Assembly (NCBI GenBank): GCA_016182365.1
Contig: JACOXO010000014.1
Location: 2,294-66,293 of the forward strand
Length of the DNA: 64,000 nt
Direction: 5' to 3'
From: Candidatus Gottesmanbacteria bacterium
GTDB lineage: Bacteria > Patescibacteriota > Microgenomatia > JACOXO01
Made by a program: the position numbers and the translations under genes. Below are positions 27,219 through 37,564 of the stretch, piece by piece (the stretch's first letter is position 1; the number at the start of each line of letters is the position of its first letter). Under the pieces are notes generated by a model, which did no database searches, was not told the DNA's origin, and saw nothing but the letters and a program-made list of their open reading frames with translations.

Positions 27219-28991
27219 ACAAACAAAGAAGTGGCCGTAATGCTTCGCGAAGTTGCAGCAGCCTTTGTAATCAAAAATGAAAACCGTTTTAGAATCATAG
27301 CTTATGAAAGAGCTGCTGATAGTATTGAACATCAAACTCAAAGTGTTGAGGAACTGTGGAAAGAAGGAAAAATAAAGGAAATTCCAGGTATTGGACCAAA
27401 TATTGCTCAACATTTGGGTGAATTATTCACAAAAGGCAAGGTAGCACATTTTGAAAATGAAAAAAAAGGACTTCCTAAAGCTATGTTTTCACTTCTGAAC
27501 TTACCAGGTTTTGGAGCTAAAAAAGCTTTTAAATTAACTAGAGAACTCAATATTAAAGATTCAGACGACCCTTTTAAAAAACTCAAGGAAGCTGCTCAGG
27601 CTAATAAAATAGCCTCAATTGAGGGATTTGGGGAGAAGTCAGAACAGGACATTCTTACTTCTTTAGAATCTTTTCAGAAAAAAGAGGCAAAACTTTCAAG
27701 AATGTTACTACCTATTGCTTACGATATTGCTACCAGAGTAATCAATTACCTGAAGAAGTCAAATAGTGTTATAGAAATTTATCCTTTAGGAAGCCTGCGA
27801 AGAATGGTTGCAACTGTAGGTGATATTGATATAGCAATTTCATCAAATCAAGCAGAAAAAGTAATAGAATATTTTTTAAAATTCCCGGAAGTTGGGAAAA
27901 TAATTGATAAAGGCAAAGAAACCACCTCAGTTGTCCTAAAAAACGGCGTACAGGTAGATATAATGGTTCAACCGGAAATTGCATTCGGAGCTCTCCTGCA
28001 GCATTTTACAGGTTCAAAACACCACAATATTGCGCTTCGTGAGTATGCTTTAAAAAAAGATCTATCATTATCAGAGCACGGAATTAAAGATCTCAAAAGA
28101 GCAAAAGAGCAAAAGAGCAAAGAATTTAGCAATGAGGAAGTTTTTTATAATTTCCTCGGTCTTGATTGGATTCCACCAGAATTAAGAGAGGATACAGGTG
28201 AAATTGAAGCTGCTCAGAAACATAATCTACCTAATTTAGTTGAACTTTCCGATATTAAAGGTGACCTGCATTTACATTCCAACTATGATTTAAAACCATC
28301 TCATGATTTAGGACATAATTCATTTTTAGAAATTCTTAATAAAGCAACAGAATTAAAATATGAATATATTGCATTTTCCGAGCATAACCCTAAACAATCC
28401 GGACATAATATATCAGATATTATTGATATAATTAAAAGAAGAAAACAAACTATTGATAAAATTAATTACTCATTAAAAAGTGATCGAGTACATTTTTTTA
28501 ACATGATGGAGACAGATATACTTCCAAATGGCTATCTAGCGCTCCCTAAACAGACTTTTGAGTATATTGATGCTACAATTATTTCAATACATTCCTCATT
28601 CGACCAATCCAGTTCTGATATGACAAAAAGAATACTCAAGGCGTTATCATATTCTAAAGTTAAAATCTTTGGTCATCCAACAGGAAGACTTATTGAGAGA
28701 AGAGAAGGTGTTAATGCCAATTGGTTTGAAATTTTTAACTTTTGTAAAGCGAAAAATATTGCTCTTGAAATAAACGCAAATCCAAACAGACTTGATCTTC
28801 CTGATATGTTAGTAAGAGAGGCAGTGAAAAACGGCAACAAATTTGTTATTGATACAGATGCTCATCAAATTAATGAAATGAATCTTATGCGTTTTGGTGT
28901 ATCAGTTGCAAGGCGTGGTTGGTTGGAGAAAAATGATATACTTAATACTCTGCCATATAGTGAATTTAAAAAGTGGTTATTAAATTTATAG
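27219..28991 (+). CDS. polX: DNA polymerase X family protein with C-terminal PHP phosphoesterase domain
   Basis: HhH motifs (IPGIGPNIAQHL, LPGFGAKKA), Pol-beta nucleotidyltransferase motif GSLRRMVATVGDIDIAIS, PHP His cluster (GDLHLHS...FSEHN). Start moved to the in-frame Met after the tRNA. Contains a (CAAAAGAG)x3 tandem repeat at 28095-28118. Confidence 0.85.
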   Translation, partial: TNKEVAVMLREVAAAFVIKNENRFRIIAYERAADSIEHQTQSVEELWKEGKIKEIPGIGPNIAQHLGELFTKGKVAHFENEKKGLPKAMFSLLNLPGFGAKKAFKLTRELNIKDSDDPFKKLKEAAQANKIASIEGFGEKSEQDILTSLESFQKKEAKLSRMLLPIAYDIATRVINYLKKSNSVIEIYPLGSLRRMVATVGDIDIAISSNQAEKVIEYFLKFPEVGKIIDKGKETTSVVLKNGVQVDIMVQPEIAFGALLQHFTGSKHHNIALREYALKKDLSLSEHGIKDLKRAKEQKSKEFSNEEVFYNFLGLDWIPPELREDTGEIEAAQKHNLPNLVELSDIKGDLHLHSNYDLKPSHDLGHNSFLEILNKATELKYEYIAFSEHNPKQSGHNISDIIDIIKRRKQTIDKINYSLKSDRVHFFNMMETDILPNGYLALPKQTFEYIDATIISIHSSFDQSSSDMTKRILKALSYSKVKIFGHPTGRLIERREGVNANWFEIFNFCKAKNIALEINANPNRLDLPDMLVREAVKNGNKFVIDTDAHQINEMNLMRFGVSVARRGWLEKNDILNTLPYSEFKKWLLNL

Positions 28992-29014
28992 ATCGGGGGT
29001 GAATTTTTATCAAT

Positions 29015-29569
29015 ATGAACTCTTTATTATTTATCGTAATTATATTAGTTGTAATTGGCGGATATTTCTTGATGATATATAACGGTTTAGTAAAAGGGAA
29101 AATGCAGGTTAAGGAAGCGTGGAGCGGAATTGATGTACAGCTTAAAAGAAGAGCTGATTTAATTCCGAATCTTGTTGAAACAGTAAAAGGCTATGCAAAA
29201 CATGAAAAAACTGTTTTTGAAAATGTAACAAAAGCAAGAAGTGCATTGCTTGGAGCCAAAAACCCGCAAGAAGCTGAGAAGGCAAACAATATGTTAACAG
29301 ATGCATTAAAAACTATCTTTGCAATTGCAGAAAATTATCCAAAGCTTGAAGCAAATCAGAATTTTAAAGAATTGCAAAGACAGCTTGAGGATACTGAGGA
29401 TAAAGTTGCATATGCACGCCAGTTCTATAACTCAAATACACTGGACTACAATACCAAAACTCAGGTTTTTCCAAGTAGTATTGTAGCCGGGATGTTCGGG
29501 TTTACACAAGAGCAATTTTTTGGTGCTACAGATGAAGATAAGAAGCCGGTAAAAGTTTCATTTAACTAA
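29015..29569 (+). CDS. lemA: LemA family protein
   Basis: N-terminal TM plus the conserved LemA block ([29 protein letters not shown]); classic partner of HtpX. Confidence 0.85.
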   Translation: MNSLLFIVIILVVIGGYFLMIYNGLVKGKMQVKEAWSGIDVQLKRRADLIPNLVETVKGYAKHEKTVFENVTKARSALLGAKNPQEAEKANNMLTDALKTIFAIAENYPKLEANQNFKELQRQLEDTEDKVAYARQFYNSNTLDYNTKTQVFPSSIVAGMFGFTQEQFFGATDEDKKPVKVSFN

Positions 29570-30459
29570 TGAACTTGCATTCTTACATATCATCAAATAA
29601 ACGTAAGACCTATTTAATTATGGGTTTCTTCGTATTGTTTATTTGCATGGTTGGATACATCTTTGGTGAAGCTCAAGGAGGATATGGTGGTAATTTCTTA
29701 TTCTTCGCACTTATTTTTTCTCTTCTCACGAGTTTTGGTAGTTATTTTTACGGAGACAAACTGATACTAAGTTTAAGCGGAGCAAGACCTGCTGACAAGA
29801 AAAAAGACTTTAATTTCTATACAGTTTGTGAAAACTTATCTATTGCTTCCGGTTTGCCAATGCCAAAACTTTATGTAATTGAAAGTAACGCTATGAATGC
29901 TTTTGCAACTGGCAGGGATCCCAAACATGCGACAATATGCGCAACATCTGGTCTTCTTGAGAGACTAGACAGGAGTGATATTGAGGGAGTAATTGCCCAC
30001 GAATTGTCTCATGTTAAAAACTACGATATCCGCTTAATGCTGATCGTTTCTGTTATGGTTGGCTCAATTGCAGTATTAGCTGATTTTTTTATGAGGTCTT
30101 TATGGTGGGGAAGGGGAAGGGATAGGGACAGGTCAAACGGTTTATTTGTTGCTTTTGCAATTATAGCTGCAATCCTTGCACCACTGGCTGCAACTCTTAT
30201 TCAACTCGCAATCTCGAGAAGAAGAGAATACTTGGCTGACGCATCCGGTGTAATGTTAACCAGAAATCCAGAAGGTCTAGCTGATGCCCTTGAGAAGATA
30301 GCTGGCGATAGATATCAGTTGGAAAACGCAAACCATGGTACCGCCCATCTTTTTATTTCCGATCCGTTTAAAGGAAAAGATGTTAAAGGTTTTATTTCAA
30401 ATTTATTTCAAACCCACCCACCGATTGAGGAGAGAATAAAAATTCTTAGATCAATGTAA
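29569..30459 (+). CDS. htpX: Zinc metalloprotease HtpX (M48 family)
   Basis: HEXXH motif HELSHVKNYD, multiple TM segments, 296 aa. Confidence 0.85.
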   Translation: MNLHSYISSNKRKTYLIMGFFVLFICMVGYIFGEAQGGYGGNFLFFALIFSLLTSFGSYFYGDKLILSLSGARPADKKKDFNFYTVCENLSIASGLPMPKLYVIESNAMNAFATGRDPKHATICATSGLLERLDRSDIEGVIAHELSHVKNYDIRLMLIVSVMVGSIAVLADFFMRSLWWGRGRDRDRSNGLFVAFAIIAAILAPLAATLIQLAISRRREYLADASGVMLTRNPEGLADALEKIAGDRYQLENANHGTAHLFISDPFKGKDVKGFISNLFQTHPPIEERIKILRSM

Positions 30460-31062
30460 TGAATTACTGGGAACAATTAAAGGAGATATATAATAAAGTG
30501 GATATCTTCTATCAAGACTCATTCCTAGATAAATTGCTCCGTCTCTTCCCATAGAAAGATGCGCAATTTTGTCACCTTCATCAGTTGTAGTTGAGGTACG
30601 AATTATTCGTCCATCAACTAGATTTTGATTAGTCTCAAGATAATATTGCAACGCTAGTTCTGCATAATCAGCCGCATTACCAATTACTGCCTTTGCTCCG
30701 ATAATATTATGAGATTTTAGTATTGAATTTACTTCAGAAAGCATTTCTATTTGCTCAACTAAACTTTTGTTATCACTTCCTTTCAAAATATGTTTTGGAC
30801 ATGCGGCAACCTGCGAAGTTCTTGAACGACTATGCTCAAGTTCTGAGTAAGGTGTAAATGGTTCGCCAGCGCGTATACTTCTTCCTGAATTTATAGGATA
30901 CCCTAAGTTTACTAATTCTTCTATAGAAAAACCATTTAAATTGAAAAAGCGAATATAATTTAATCTTGACAAGCCTTCGAATGCTTCATCAGTGAAATAT
31001 TCCAGTTGGAGATTTAAACTAGTTTGTTTTCTCTCTCGGGCAATTACCTCAATTTGATTCAT
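30451..31062 (-). CDS. Hypothetical protein, 203 aa, no recognisable domain
   Basis: Long ORF on the opposite strand between htpX and clpB with a plausible RBS; soluble, no motif recognised by eye. Confidence 0.45.
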   Translation of the reverse strand: MNQIEVIARERKQTSLNLQLEYFTDEAFEGLSRLNYIRFFNLNGFSIEELVNLGYPINSGRSIRAGEPFTPYSELEHSRSRTSQVAACPKHILKGSDNKSLVEQIEMLSEVNSILKSHNIIGAKAVIGNAADYAELALQYYLETNQNLVDGRIIRTSTTTDEGDKIAHLSMGRDGAIYLGMSLDRRYPLYYISPLIVPSNSLH

Positions 31063-31103
31063 AGGTTATTAATATACCACAGGCTAGAAAATTTAAGCTA
31101 GTT

Positions 31104-31130
31104 TTAGCAGACTGGACAAGAGAGTGCTAG
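31104..31130 (+). promoter_or_regulatory. CIRCE-like HrcA operator (TTAGCAGAC-N9-GAGTGCTAG) upstream of clpB
   Basis: Matches CIRCE consensus TTAGCACTC-N9-GAGTGCTAA at 15/18 positions with the correct 9-nt spacer; 19 nt upstream of the clpB ATG. Confidence 0.5.
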
Positions 31131-31148
31131 TTGTGATATATTGCTTTT

Positions 31149-33725
31149 ATGGACCCCAATAAATTTACATATAATACCCAAGAGACAATAGCAAAAACTT
31201 TAGAGATTGCTCGCAATAATAACAATCCGCAATTATCACCCTGGCATCTATTTTATTCTTTAGTTTCATCAACTGATGGAGTGATATATGAAATTCTCAA
31301 AAAATTGGATATAAACAAAGAAAAAATGTTGACAGCAACTCAACTCAAAATTGACAATTTGCCAGAAGTTCAGGTGGAATATTCACAACCAACAATTTCC
31401 CCCGAGTTATTAAGCGTTTTTCAGAAAGCTGACAAAATTGCAAAAGAAATGGGTGATCAATTTATATCCCGTGAGCATTTATTACTGTCTCTTTTGGACT
31501 GGTCTGAAGTCTCACAGCTTGCTAAAGAGTTTAATTTTGATATAACCAAAGTTAGGGAGATTCTTATGAATCTGCGCGGCAGTCAAAAAGTAACTGACCA
31601 GAGTCCCGAAGGGAAATATAACGTACTTGAAAAATACACCATAAATTTTACAAACCTTGCCAGAAGCGGGAAACTTGATCCTGTAATTGGAAGAGATAGT
31701 GAGGTTAGAAGAGTGATGCAGGTAATATCGCGAAGAACTAAAAATAACCCTGTACTTTTGGGCGATCCGGGTGTTGGAAAAACTGCAATAGTTGAAGGAC
31801 TTGCTCAAAGAATTATTGCAGGAGATGTTCCTGAAACATTAAAAGGAAAAGATTTATTAGCTCTTGATTTAGCTTCAATTCTGGCAGGGTCTAAGTTTAG
31901 GGGAGAATTTGAAGAGAGGTTAAAAGCACTACTTTCTGAGATTGAAAAAAATCCTGACAAATATATTTTATTCATGGACGAATTACATACCTTGGTTGGG
32001 GCAGGTAGCGCAGAAGGTGCAGTTGATGCATCCAATATGTTAAAACCGGCTTTGGCAAGAGGAACATTGCATGCAATTGGAGCAACTACCGTTGGCGAAT
32101 ACAGACAACATATTGAAAAAGATCCGGCTTTAGAGCGAAGATTTCAACCGGTTTATGTAGATGAACCAACGCTTTACGATACGATTGCTATTCTTCGTGG
32201 ACTTAAAGAAAAATACGAAGCGCATCATGGCATAAAAATATCTGATGATGCGGCAATTGCCGCAGCAACTCTTTCCCAAAGATATATAACAGACAGGTTT
32301 TTACCTGATAAAGCAATCGATCTAATTGATGAAGCTGCAGCTGGAATAAAAATTGAGACTGAAAGCATGCCATATGATTTGGATATGCTTAAGAGAAAAA
32401 TAATCCAGGAAGAAATTGAACTTGCAGCCTTAAAAAAGGACAAAGATCCTAAAGCAAGCGTGAGAAAAAAAGAGTTGGAAAAAGCAGTTGCTGAAAAAAA
32501 AGATAAACAAAAAGAGCTAATGTTAGTTTGGCAAAATCAAAAAGATATTATTGGGAAAATTCAATCGCTTAGAAATCAGCTTGATAAGTTAAGACTAGAT
32601 TTAGAATCTGCCGAGAGGAATGTTGAACTTGAGAGGGCAGCCGAGATTAAATATGGTTCTATTCCAAAAGTGGAAAAAGAAATAAAAGAGCTTGAGAAAA
32701 AATGGAATGAAATTCCTGAGTTTAAAAGGTTGTTAAGACAAGTAGTTACCGAAGAAGATATTGCCCGGGTTGTGGGAAAATGGACAGGTATTCCTGTTTC
32801 AAAGCTTATAAAATCTGAGGGAGAAAAATTATCAACTTTGGAAGATGAACTAAAGAAACGAGTTGTTGGTCAAGATGATGCATTAATTTCAATTGCAAAG
32901 GCAGTTCGAAGAAATAGGGCTGGTTTATCTGAAGGCAAAAAACCAATCGGAACTTTCCTATTCTTAGGCCCAACAGGAGTAGGGAAAACAGAGACAGCAA
33001 AGGCATTAGCTCAATCACTATTTAATAGTGAGGATGCGCTAATTAGAATTGATATGACTGAGTATCAGGAAGCGCATAGTGTGGCAAGACTTATAGGAGC
33101 ACCACCTGGATATGTTGGATACGATGAAGGCGGTCAATTAACAGAGGCAGTTAGGAGAAAACCATATAGCGTGATTCTTTTTGACGAAATAGAAAAAGCA
33201 AACCTACAAATATTTAATCTGTTTCTGCAGATCTTTGATGATGGAAGGTTAACGGATGGGAGGGGAAGAACAGTTAATTTTAGAAATACAATTATTATTA
33301 TGACTTCTAATTTAGGAAGTGAAATTATTTCAGAGTATGAGGATAAACCGGATGAGTTGCAAAGAAAAATGTGGGAGGTTTTACGGGCAAAATTCAGACC
33401 GGAATTTTTAAATAGAATAGATCAGATTGTTATATTTAATAGTTTAAGTGATAAGTTAATAAGGGAAATAGTTGATATTGCCCTTTCTAGATTTGCCCAA
33501 ACTCTAGCCAAAAAAGATATTAAGATTTCGTTTAGCAAAGATCTTACTAATTATTTAGCAAAAACCGGATTTGATAAAACCTATGGAGCGCGACCGCTTC
33601 AAAGGCTTATTACCTCAACAATTGAAGACGAACTTGCAAGTTTGATTGTTGATAATAAACTAGGGCAGGGAGATGAAGTTATTGCAGATTATAAAAACGG
33701 AAAAATAACTGTTTCAAAAAAATAA
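31149..33725 (+). CDS. clpB: ATP-dependent chaperone ClpB
   Basis: Clp N-domain, two AAA+ modules (Walker A GDPGVGKT and GPTGVGKT), long coiled-coil middle domain; 858 aa. Confidence 0.95.
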   Translation: MDPNKFTYNTQETIAKTLEIARNNNNPQLSPWHLFYSLVSSTDGVIYEILKKLDINKEKMLTATQLKIDNLPEVQVEYSQPTISPELLSVFQKADKIAKEMGDQFISREHLLLSLLDWSEVSQLAKEFNFDITKVREILMNLRGSQKVTDQSPEGKYNVLEKYTINFTNLARSGKLDPVIGRDSEVRRVMQVISRRTKNNPVLLGDPGVGKTAIVEGLAQRIIAGDVPETLKGKDLLALDLASILAGSKFRGEFEERLKALLSEIEKNPDKYILFMDELHTLVGAGSAEGAVDASNMLKPALARGTLHAIGATTVGEYRQHIEKDPALERRFQPVYVDEPTLYDTIAILRGLKEKYEAHHGIKISDDAAIAAATLSQRYITDRFLPDKAIDLIDEAAAGIKIETESMPYDLDMLKRKIIQEEIELAALKKDKDPKASVRKKELEKAVAEKKDKQKELMLVWQNQKDIIGKIQSLRNQLDKLRLDLESAERNVELERAAEIKYGSIPKVEKEIKELEKKWNEIPEFKRLLRQVVTEEDIARVVGKWTGIPVSKLIKSEGEKLSTLEDELKKRVVGQDDALISIAKAVRRNRAGLSEGKKPIGTFLFLGPTGVGKTETAKALAQSLFNSEDALIRIDMTEYQEAHSVARLIGAPPGYVGYDEGGQLTEAVRRKPYSVILFDEIEKANLQIFNLFLQIFDDGRLTDGRGRTVNFRNTIIIMTSNLGSEIISEYEDKPDELQRKMWEVLRAKFRPEFLNRIDQIVIFNSLSDKLIREIVDIALSRFAQTLAKKDIKISFSKDLTNYLAKTGFDKTYGARPLQRLITSTIEDELASLIVDNKLGQGDEVIADYKNGKITVSKK

Positions 33726-35015
33726 ATGCCACTAATCATAACTTCTTTAATTAGTAAAGCGGTTTCCATAGCGAGCCGCTTTTTTGGTATTGGAGCCGGT
33801 GTTACCTGGGCAGGTGAGATAGGTTTAACTTTAGATCCTAAGATTATAAACAAACTAATTCCCCAGGTGAAAAAAGGTGTAATTGTAATTGCAGGAACTA
33901 ACGGGAAAACTACAACTTCGGCAATGGTTAAGCATATTTTAAACGAAAGTGATTATAAAGTAATTCATAATAAGACTGGCGCGAATCTAGAAAATGGTAT
34001 TGCAGGCACTTTACTATTAAATACAAATTTTTTGGGGAAGTTATCCATAGACTTTGCTATTTTTGAACTGGATGAAGGAGCTTTTCCTAAAGTAATTACA
34101 AAACTTAATCCAAAAATAATAGTTCTATTAAATCTTTTTAGGGACCAGTTGGATAGGTATGGAGAAGTTGATTCTATTGCTCAAAAGTGGATGATAGGAT
34201 TAAAAGGAGTGTCAGATAAAACTACTTTAGTTTGCAATGCTGATGATCCATTAATCTCTGAAATAGGAAATAAATTTAAAGGTAAAGTTGTCTATTTTGG
34301 TTTAAATGATAGTTCAAAAACAATTTCCAAACTTCCACATGCGGTTGATTCAACCTACTGTTTGAACTGCGGCAATAAATTAAGCTATAAAAAAGTTTTT
34401 CTTTCGCATTTTGGTGACTGGTACTGCACGAACTGTCATTTAAAACGACCAAAGCTTACTCTTAATAAAATAAACTCTCCTCTTATTGGAGTTTATAACG
34501 AATATAATAGTTTAGCCTCAAGCCTTACCTGTCAGGTTTTAGGAATATCAAAAAATGAAGCACAACAAAAAATATTGACTTTTACACCAGCTTTTGGAAG
34601 ACAGGAGGAGTTTAACGTGAATAGTAAAAAAATAAAAATATTTCTTTCCAAAAATCCGGCAGGTTTCAATGAGAGTTTAAGAACAGTTCTTACTCAAAAA
34701 GATTTTTCAACAATAATATTTGCATTAAATGACAGAATAGCAGATGGAACAGATGTTTCTTGGATTTGGGATGTTGACTTTGATGAAATAGTTAGTAAAA
34801 CTAACAACATTCTATGTACAGGAGACAGAGCTAATGATATGGCCATTCGTATTAAGTATGCAGGTGATAAGGATATTAAACCAATTTTTGATCTTAATAA
34901 AGCAATAGAAAAAGGATTAGAAAATACTAGAGAAAATGAAACTTTGTATATTTTACCAACATATACAGCAATGCTTGATATAAGAAAAATACTGACAGGT
35001 AAAAAAATATCATGA
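33726..35015 (+). CDS. murT: Lipid II isoglutaminyl synthase, Mur-ligase-like subunit MurT
   Basis: Mur ligase P-loop (AGTNGKTTT), Cys4 ribbon (CLNCGNK...CTNCH) characteristic of MurT, C-terminal DUF1727-like region; followed by gatD. Confidence 0.8.
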   Translation: MPLIITSLISKAVSIASRFFGIGAGVTWAGEIGLTLDPKIINKLIPQVKKGVIVIAGTNGKTTTSAMVKHILNESDYKVIHNKTGANLENGIAGTLLLNTNFLGKLSIDFAIFELDEGAFPKVITKLNPKIIVLLNLFRDQLDRYGEVDSIAQKWMIGLKGVSDKTTLVCNADDPLISEIGNKFKGKVVYFGLNDSSKTISKLPHAVDSTYCLNCGNKLSYKKVFLSHFGDWYCTNCHLKRPKLTLNKINSPLIGVYNEYNSLASSLTCQVLGISKNEAQQKILTFTPAFGRQEEFNVNSKKIKIFLSKNPAGFNESLRTVLTQKDFSTIIFALNDRIADGTDVSWIWDVDFDEIVSKTNNILCTGDRANDMAIRIKYAGDKDIKPIFDLNKAIEKGLENTRENETLYILPTYTAMLDIRKILTGKKIS

Positions 35016-35731
35016 ATAAGCTAAGTTTAACAATTTTGTGGATGTATCCTGATTTAATGAGTACATATGGTGATCGAGGAAATATAATTGTACTCACAAA
35101 AAGGAGCCAGTGGCGCGGTATTGTTGTAAATATAATAGAAAATGGCATCGAAAAGGCAGATTTAATATTTATGGGTGGAGCTCAAGATAGACAGCAGAAG
35201 ATTGTCAGCCGAGATTTGTTTTCAAAAAAGGGAGAAATTCTAAGACAGAAAATCGAAGAAGGTGTACCTGGATTATTTATCTGCGGAGCTTACCAGTTCT
35301 TAGGACATTATTATTTACCCGCAGAGGGTGATAAAATTCCAGGTCTTTCAATATTTGATGCTTATACAAGGCATTATGGTTTACAAAAGCCAAGGGCAAT
35401 TGGAAATATTGTAATTGACTGGAATGGAAAGAAACTTGTTGGTTTTGAAAATCATGGCGGAAGGACATATTTAGGTAAAAAGGTCAGACCTTTTGGCCTC
35501 GTTTTGAAGGGGTATGGGAATAATGGAGAGGATAAAACAGAAGGTGCGGTTTATAAAAATGCTTATGGGACATATCTTCATGGACCGATCCTTCCTAAAA
35601 ACCCCGAATTCGCCGATTTCCTGATCCAAAAAGCACTGGAGGTTAAATATAAAAAAGAAATTAAACTAAAATCTCTTGACAATTCTTTGGAACAACAAGC
35701 GAAAAAATCAATTCTTCAAAAAATAGTTTAA
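35012..35731 (+). CDS. gatD: Lipid II isoglutaminyl synthase, glutaminase subunit GatD (CobB/CobQ-like GATase)
   Basis: Catalytic Cys in LFICGAYQ, His in YLHGPILPKNPEFADFL; 239 aa; translationally coupled to murT. Confidence 0.8.
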   Translation: MNKLSLTILWMYPDLMSTYGDRGNIIVLTKRSQWRGIVVNIIENGIEKADLIFMGGAQDRQQKIVSRDLFSKKGEILRQKIEEGVPGLFICGAYQFLGHYYLPAEGDKIPGLSIFDAYTRHYGLQKPRAIGNIVIDWNGKKLVGFENHGGRTYLGKKVRPFGLVLKGYGNNGEDKTEGAVYKNAYGTYLHGPILPKNPEFADFLIQKALEVKYKKEIKLKSLDNSLEQQAKKSILQKIV

Positions 35732-35859
35732 GCTAATAACAAATTTAACCTTATTTATGCTAGTGTTGATTTTAGGTTAATCATGTAAAAATAGAACCAG
35801 TCTAATGATTCGAATAATCGATCTAGATATTTTCCATAACAGGATGTAGAATACTGCGT

Positions 35860-36165
35860 ATGAGTGAAAACTCCCTTACTAAAGACGAAGTTAAGCATAT
35901 TGCAAAGCTTGCGAATCTTCCTGTAACTGAAGAGGAAATTATTAAGTTTCAAAAACAGTTATCAGAAACTGTGGATTATATTAAAACTTTATCATCAGTT
36001 GCGACTCAAGGTGTTGAACCCACAAGTCAAGTGACAGGGTTAAAAAATGTAACAAGAACTGACGAACCAGCTCCATCGCAAACTCAGGAAGAAGCTTTAT
36101 CAAATGCAAAAAATACCCATAACGGTTTTATAAAAGTTAAAGCAATTTTTAATGAACAAACTTAA
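35860..36165 (+). CDS. gatC: Asp/Glu-tRNA(Asn/Gln) amidotransferase subunit C
   Basis: LTKDEVKHIAKLANLPVTEEEI GatC N-terminus; 101 aa; precedes gatA-gatB. Confidence 0.85.
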   Translation: MSENSLTKDEVKHIAKLANLPVTEEEIIKFQKQLSETVDYIKTLSSVATQGVEPTSQVTGLKNVTRTDEPAPSQTQEEALSNAKNTHNGFIKVKAIFNEQT

Positions 36166-37564
36166 TCAGTTAACAATCAAACAAGCCAAAGACGGATTAA
36201 AAGAAAAAAAATTTTCCTCAGTTGAGTTAACTCAAGCTTGCCTTGATGAAATTGAAAGAGTTGATAAGACTATTAATGCTTTTATTACAGTTACTAAAGA
36301 TTATGCTTTAACAAAAGCAAAAGAAGCTGACCAACTTTTAGCTCAAGGTGCGATAAAACCACTTCTTGGTATTCCGATTGCATTTAAAGATCTTTATTTG
36401 ACTAGGGGAATTAGGACAACAGCAGCGTCAAGAGTTTTAAAAGACTATATACCTCAATATTCATCAACTGTAGTTGAAAAGATTGAAAATGCAGGAGCAG
36501 TTATTATCGGGAAAACAAATTCAGATGCATGGGCTCATGGTTCATCTGGTGAAAACTCTGATTTTGGGTCTACCAAAAATCCTTGGAATATTCATAAAAT
36601 TCCAGGAGGCTCTTCCAGTGGGTCAGCAACTGCAGTTTCTGCTTCATGTTCTCCGGCTGCAATGGGAACAGATACTGGTGGTTCAATACGACTGCCAGCT
36701 TCATTTACAAATACCGTTGGGTTAAAACCAACATACGGTAGAGTAAGTAGATATGGTGTTGTTGCGATGGCTTCATCGCTTGATACAATGGGACATTTTA
36801 CAAAAACAGTTGAAGACTCCGCTTTATTGCTATCTGTAACTGCAGGAAAAGATAAACAAGATGCAACTTCACTAGATGTACCTGTTCCCGATTATGCTAA
36901 TGAATTAATTAAAAATCGAATAGTAACTATTGGTTTAGCAAAAGAATATTTTTCTGAAGGTATTAATGAAGAAATTAAAAGCAGTTTAGAACAGGCAGTA
37001 AACAAACTAAAATCTAAAGGATTTGAAATTAAAGAAATAGGTTTACCTCATACAAAAGCTGCACTGGCAGCATACTACATTATCGTGTTTTCAGAAGTAT
37101 CTTCAAATCTAAGTAGATACGATGGTATTAGATACGGTAATGATAGAAGTTATTTTGGTGACGAAGCAAAAAGAAGAATAATGTTAGGAACTTATTCGCT
37201 TTCTGCCGGTTATTATGACGCTTATTATTTGAAAGCTTCAAAAGTTCAAACGTTAGTAAAACAAGACTTTGAGAATGCTTTTAAACAAGTTGATGTTCTA
37301 ATTGGTCCAGTTTCACCTACATTACCTTTTAATCTTGGTGAAAAAGTAAATGATCCATTGTCTATGTATTTGAGTGATGTTTTGACAGTGCCTATTAATC
37401 TTGCAGGAGTGCCTTCGTTATCAGTTCCCTGCGGTTTTTCTGATAACAACCTACCAATTGGTTTTCAAATAATCGGTCCTCAATTATCAGAAGGTTTATT
37501 ATTTTCAATCGGACATAAATATCAATCATTAACCGATTTTCATACAAAAACAGCAAATATATGA
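36152..37564 (+). CDS. gatA: Asp/Glu-tRNA(Asn/Gln) amidotransferase subunit A
   Basis: Amidase signature [13 protein letters not shown], Ser-cisSer-Lys triad region; 470 aa. Confidence 0.95.
   Translation: MNKLNQLTIKQAKDGLKEKKFSSVELTQACLDEIERVDKTINAFITVTKDYALTKAKEADQLLAQGAIKPLLGIPIAFKDLYLTRGIRTTAASRVLKDYIPQYSSTVVEKIENAGAVIIGKTNSDAWAHGSSGENSDFGSTKNPWNIHKIPGGSSSGSATAVSASCSPAAMGTDTGGSIRLPASFTNTVGLKPTYGRVSRYGVVAMASSLDTMGHFTKTVEDSALLLSVTAGKDKQDATSLDVPVPDYANELIKNRIVTIGLAKEYFSEGINEEIKSSLEQAVNKLKSKGFEIKEIGLPHTKAALAAYYIIVFSEVSSNLSRYDGIRYGNDRSYFGDEAKRRIMLGTYSLSAGYYDAYYLKASKVQTLVKQDFENAFKQVDVLIGPVSPTLPFNLGEKVNDPLSMYLSDVLTVPINLAGVPSLSVPCGFSDNNLPIGFQIIGPQLSEGLLFSIGHKYQSLTDFHTKTANI

Noticed and set aside
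27113-27298. 61-aa minus-strand ORF and the long N-terminal extension of the polX ORF (27183 start)
   Set aside because: Both run through tRNA-Asp; polX start reassigned to the internal Met at 27219.
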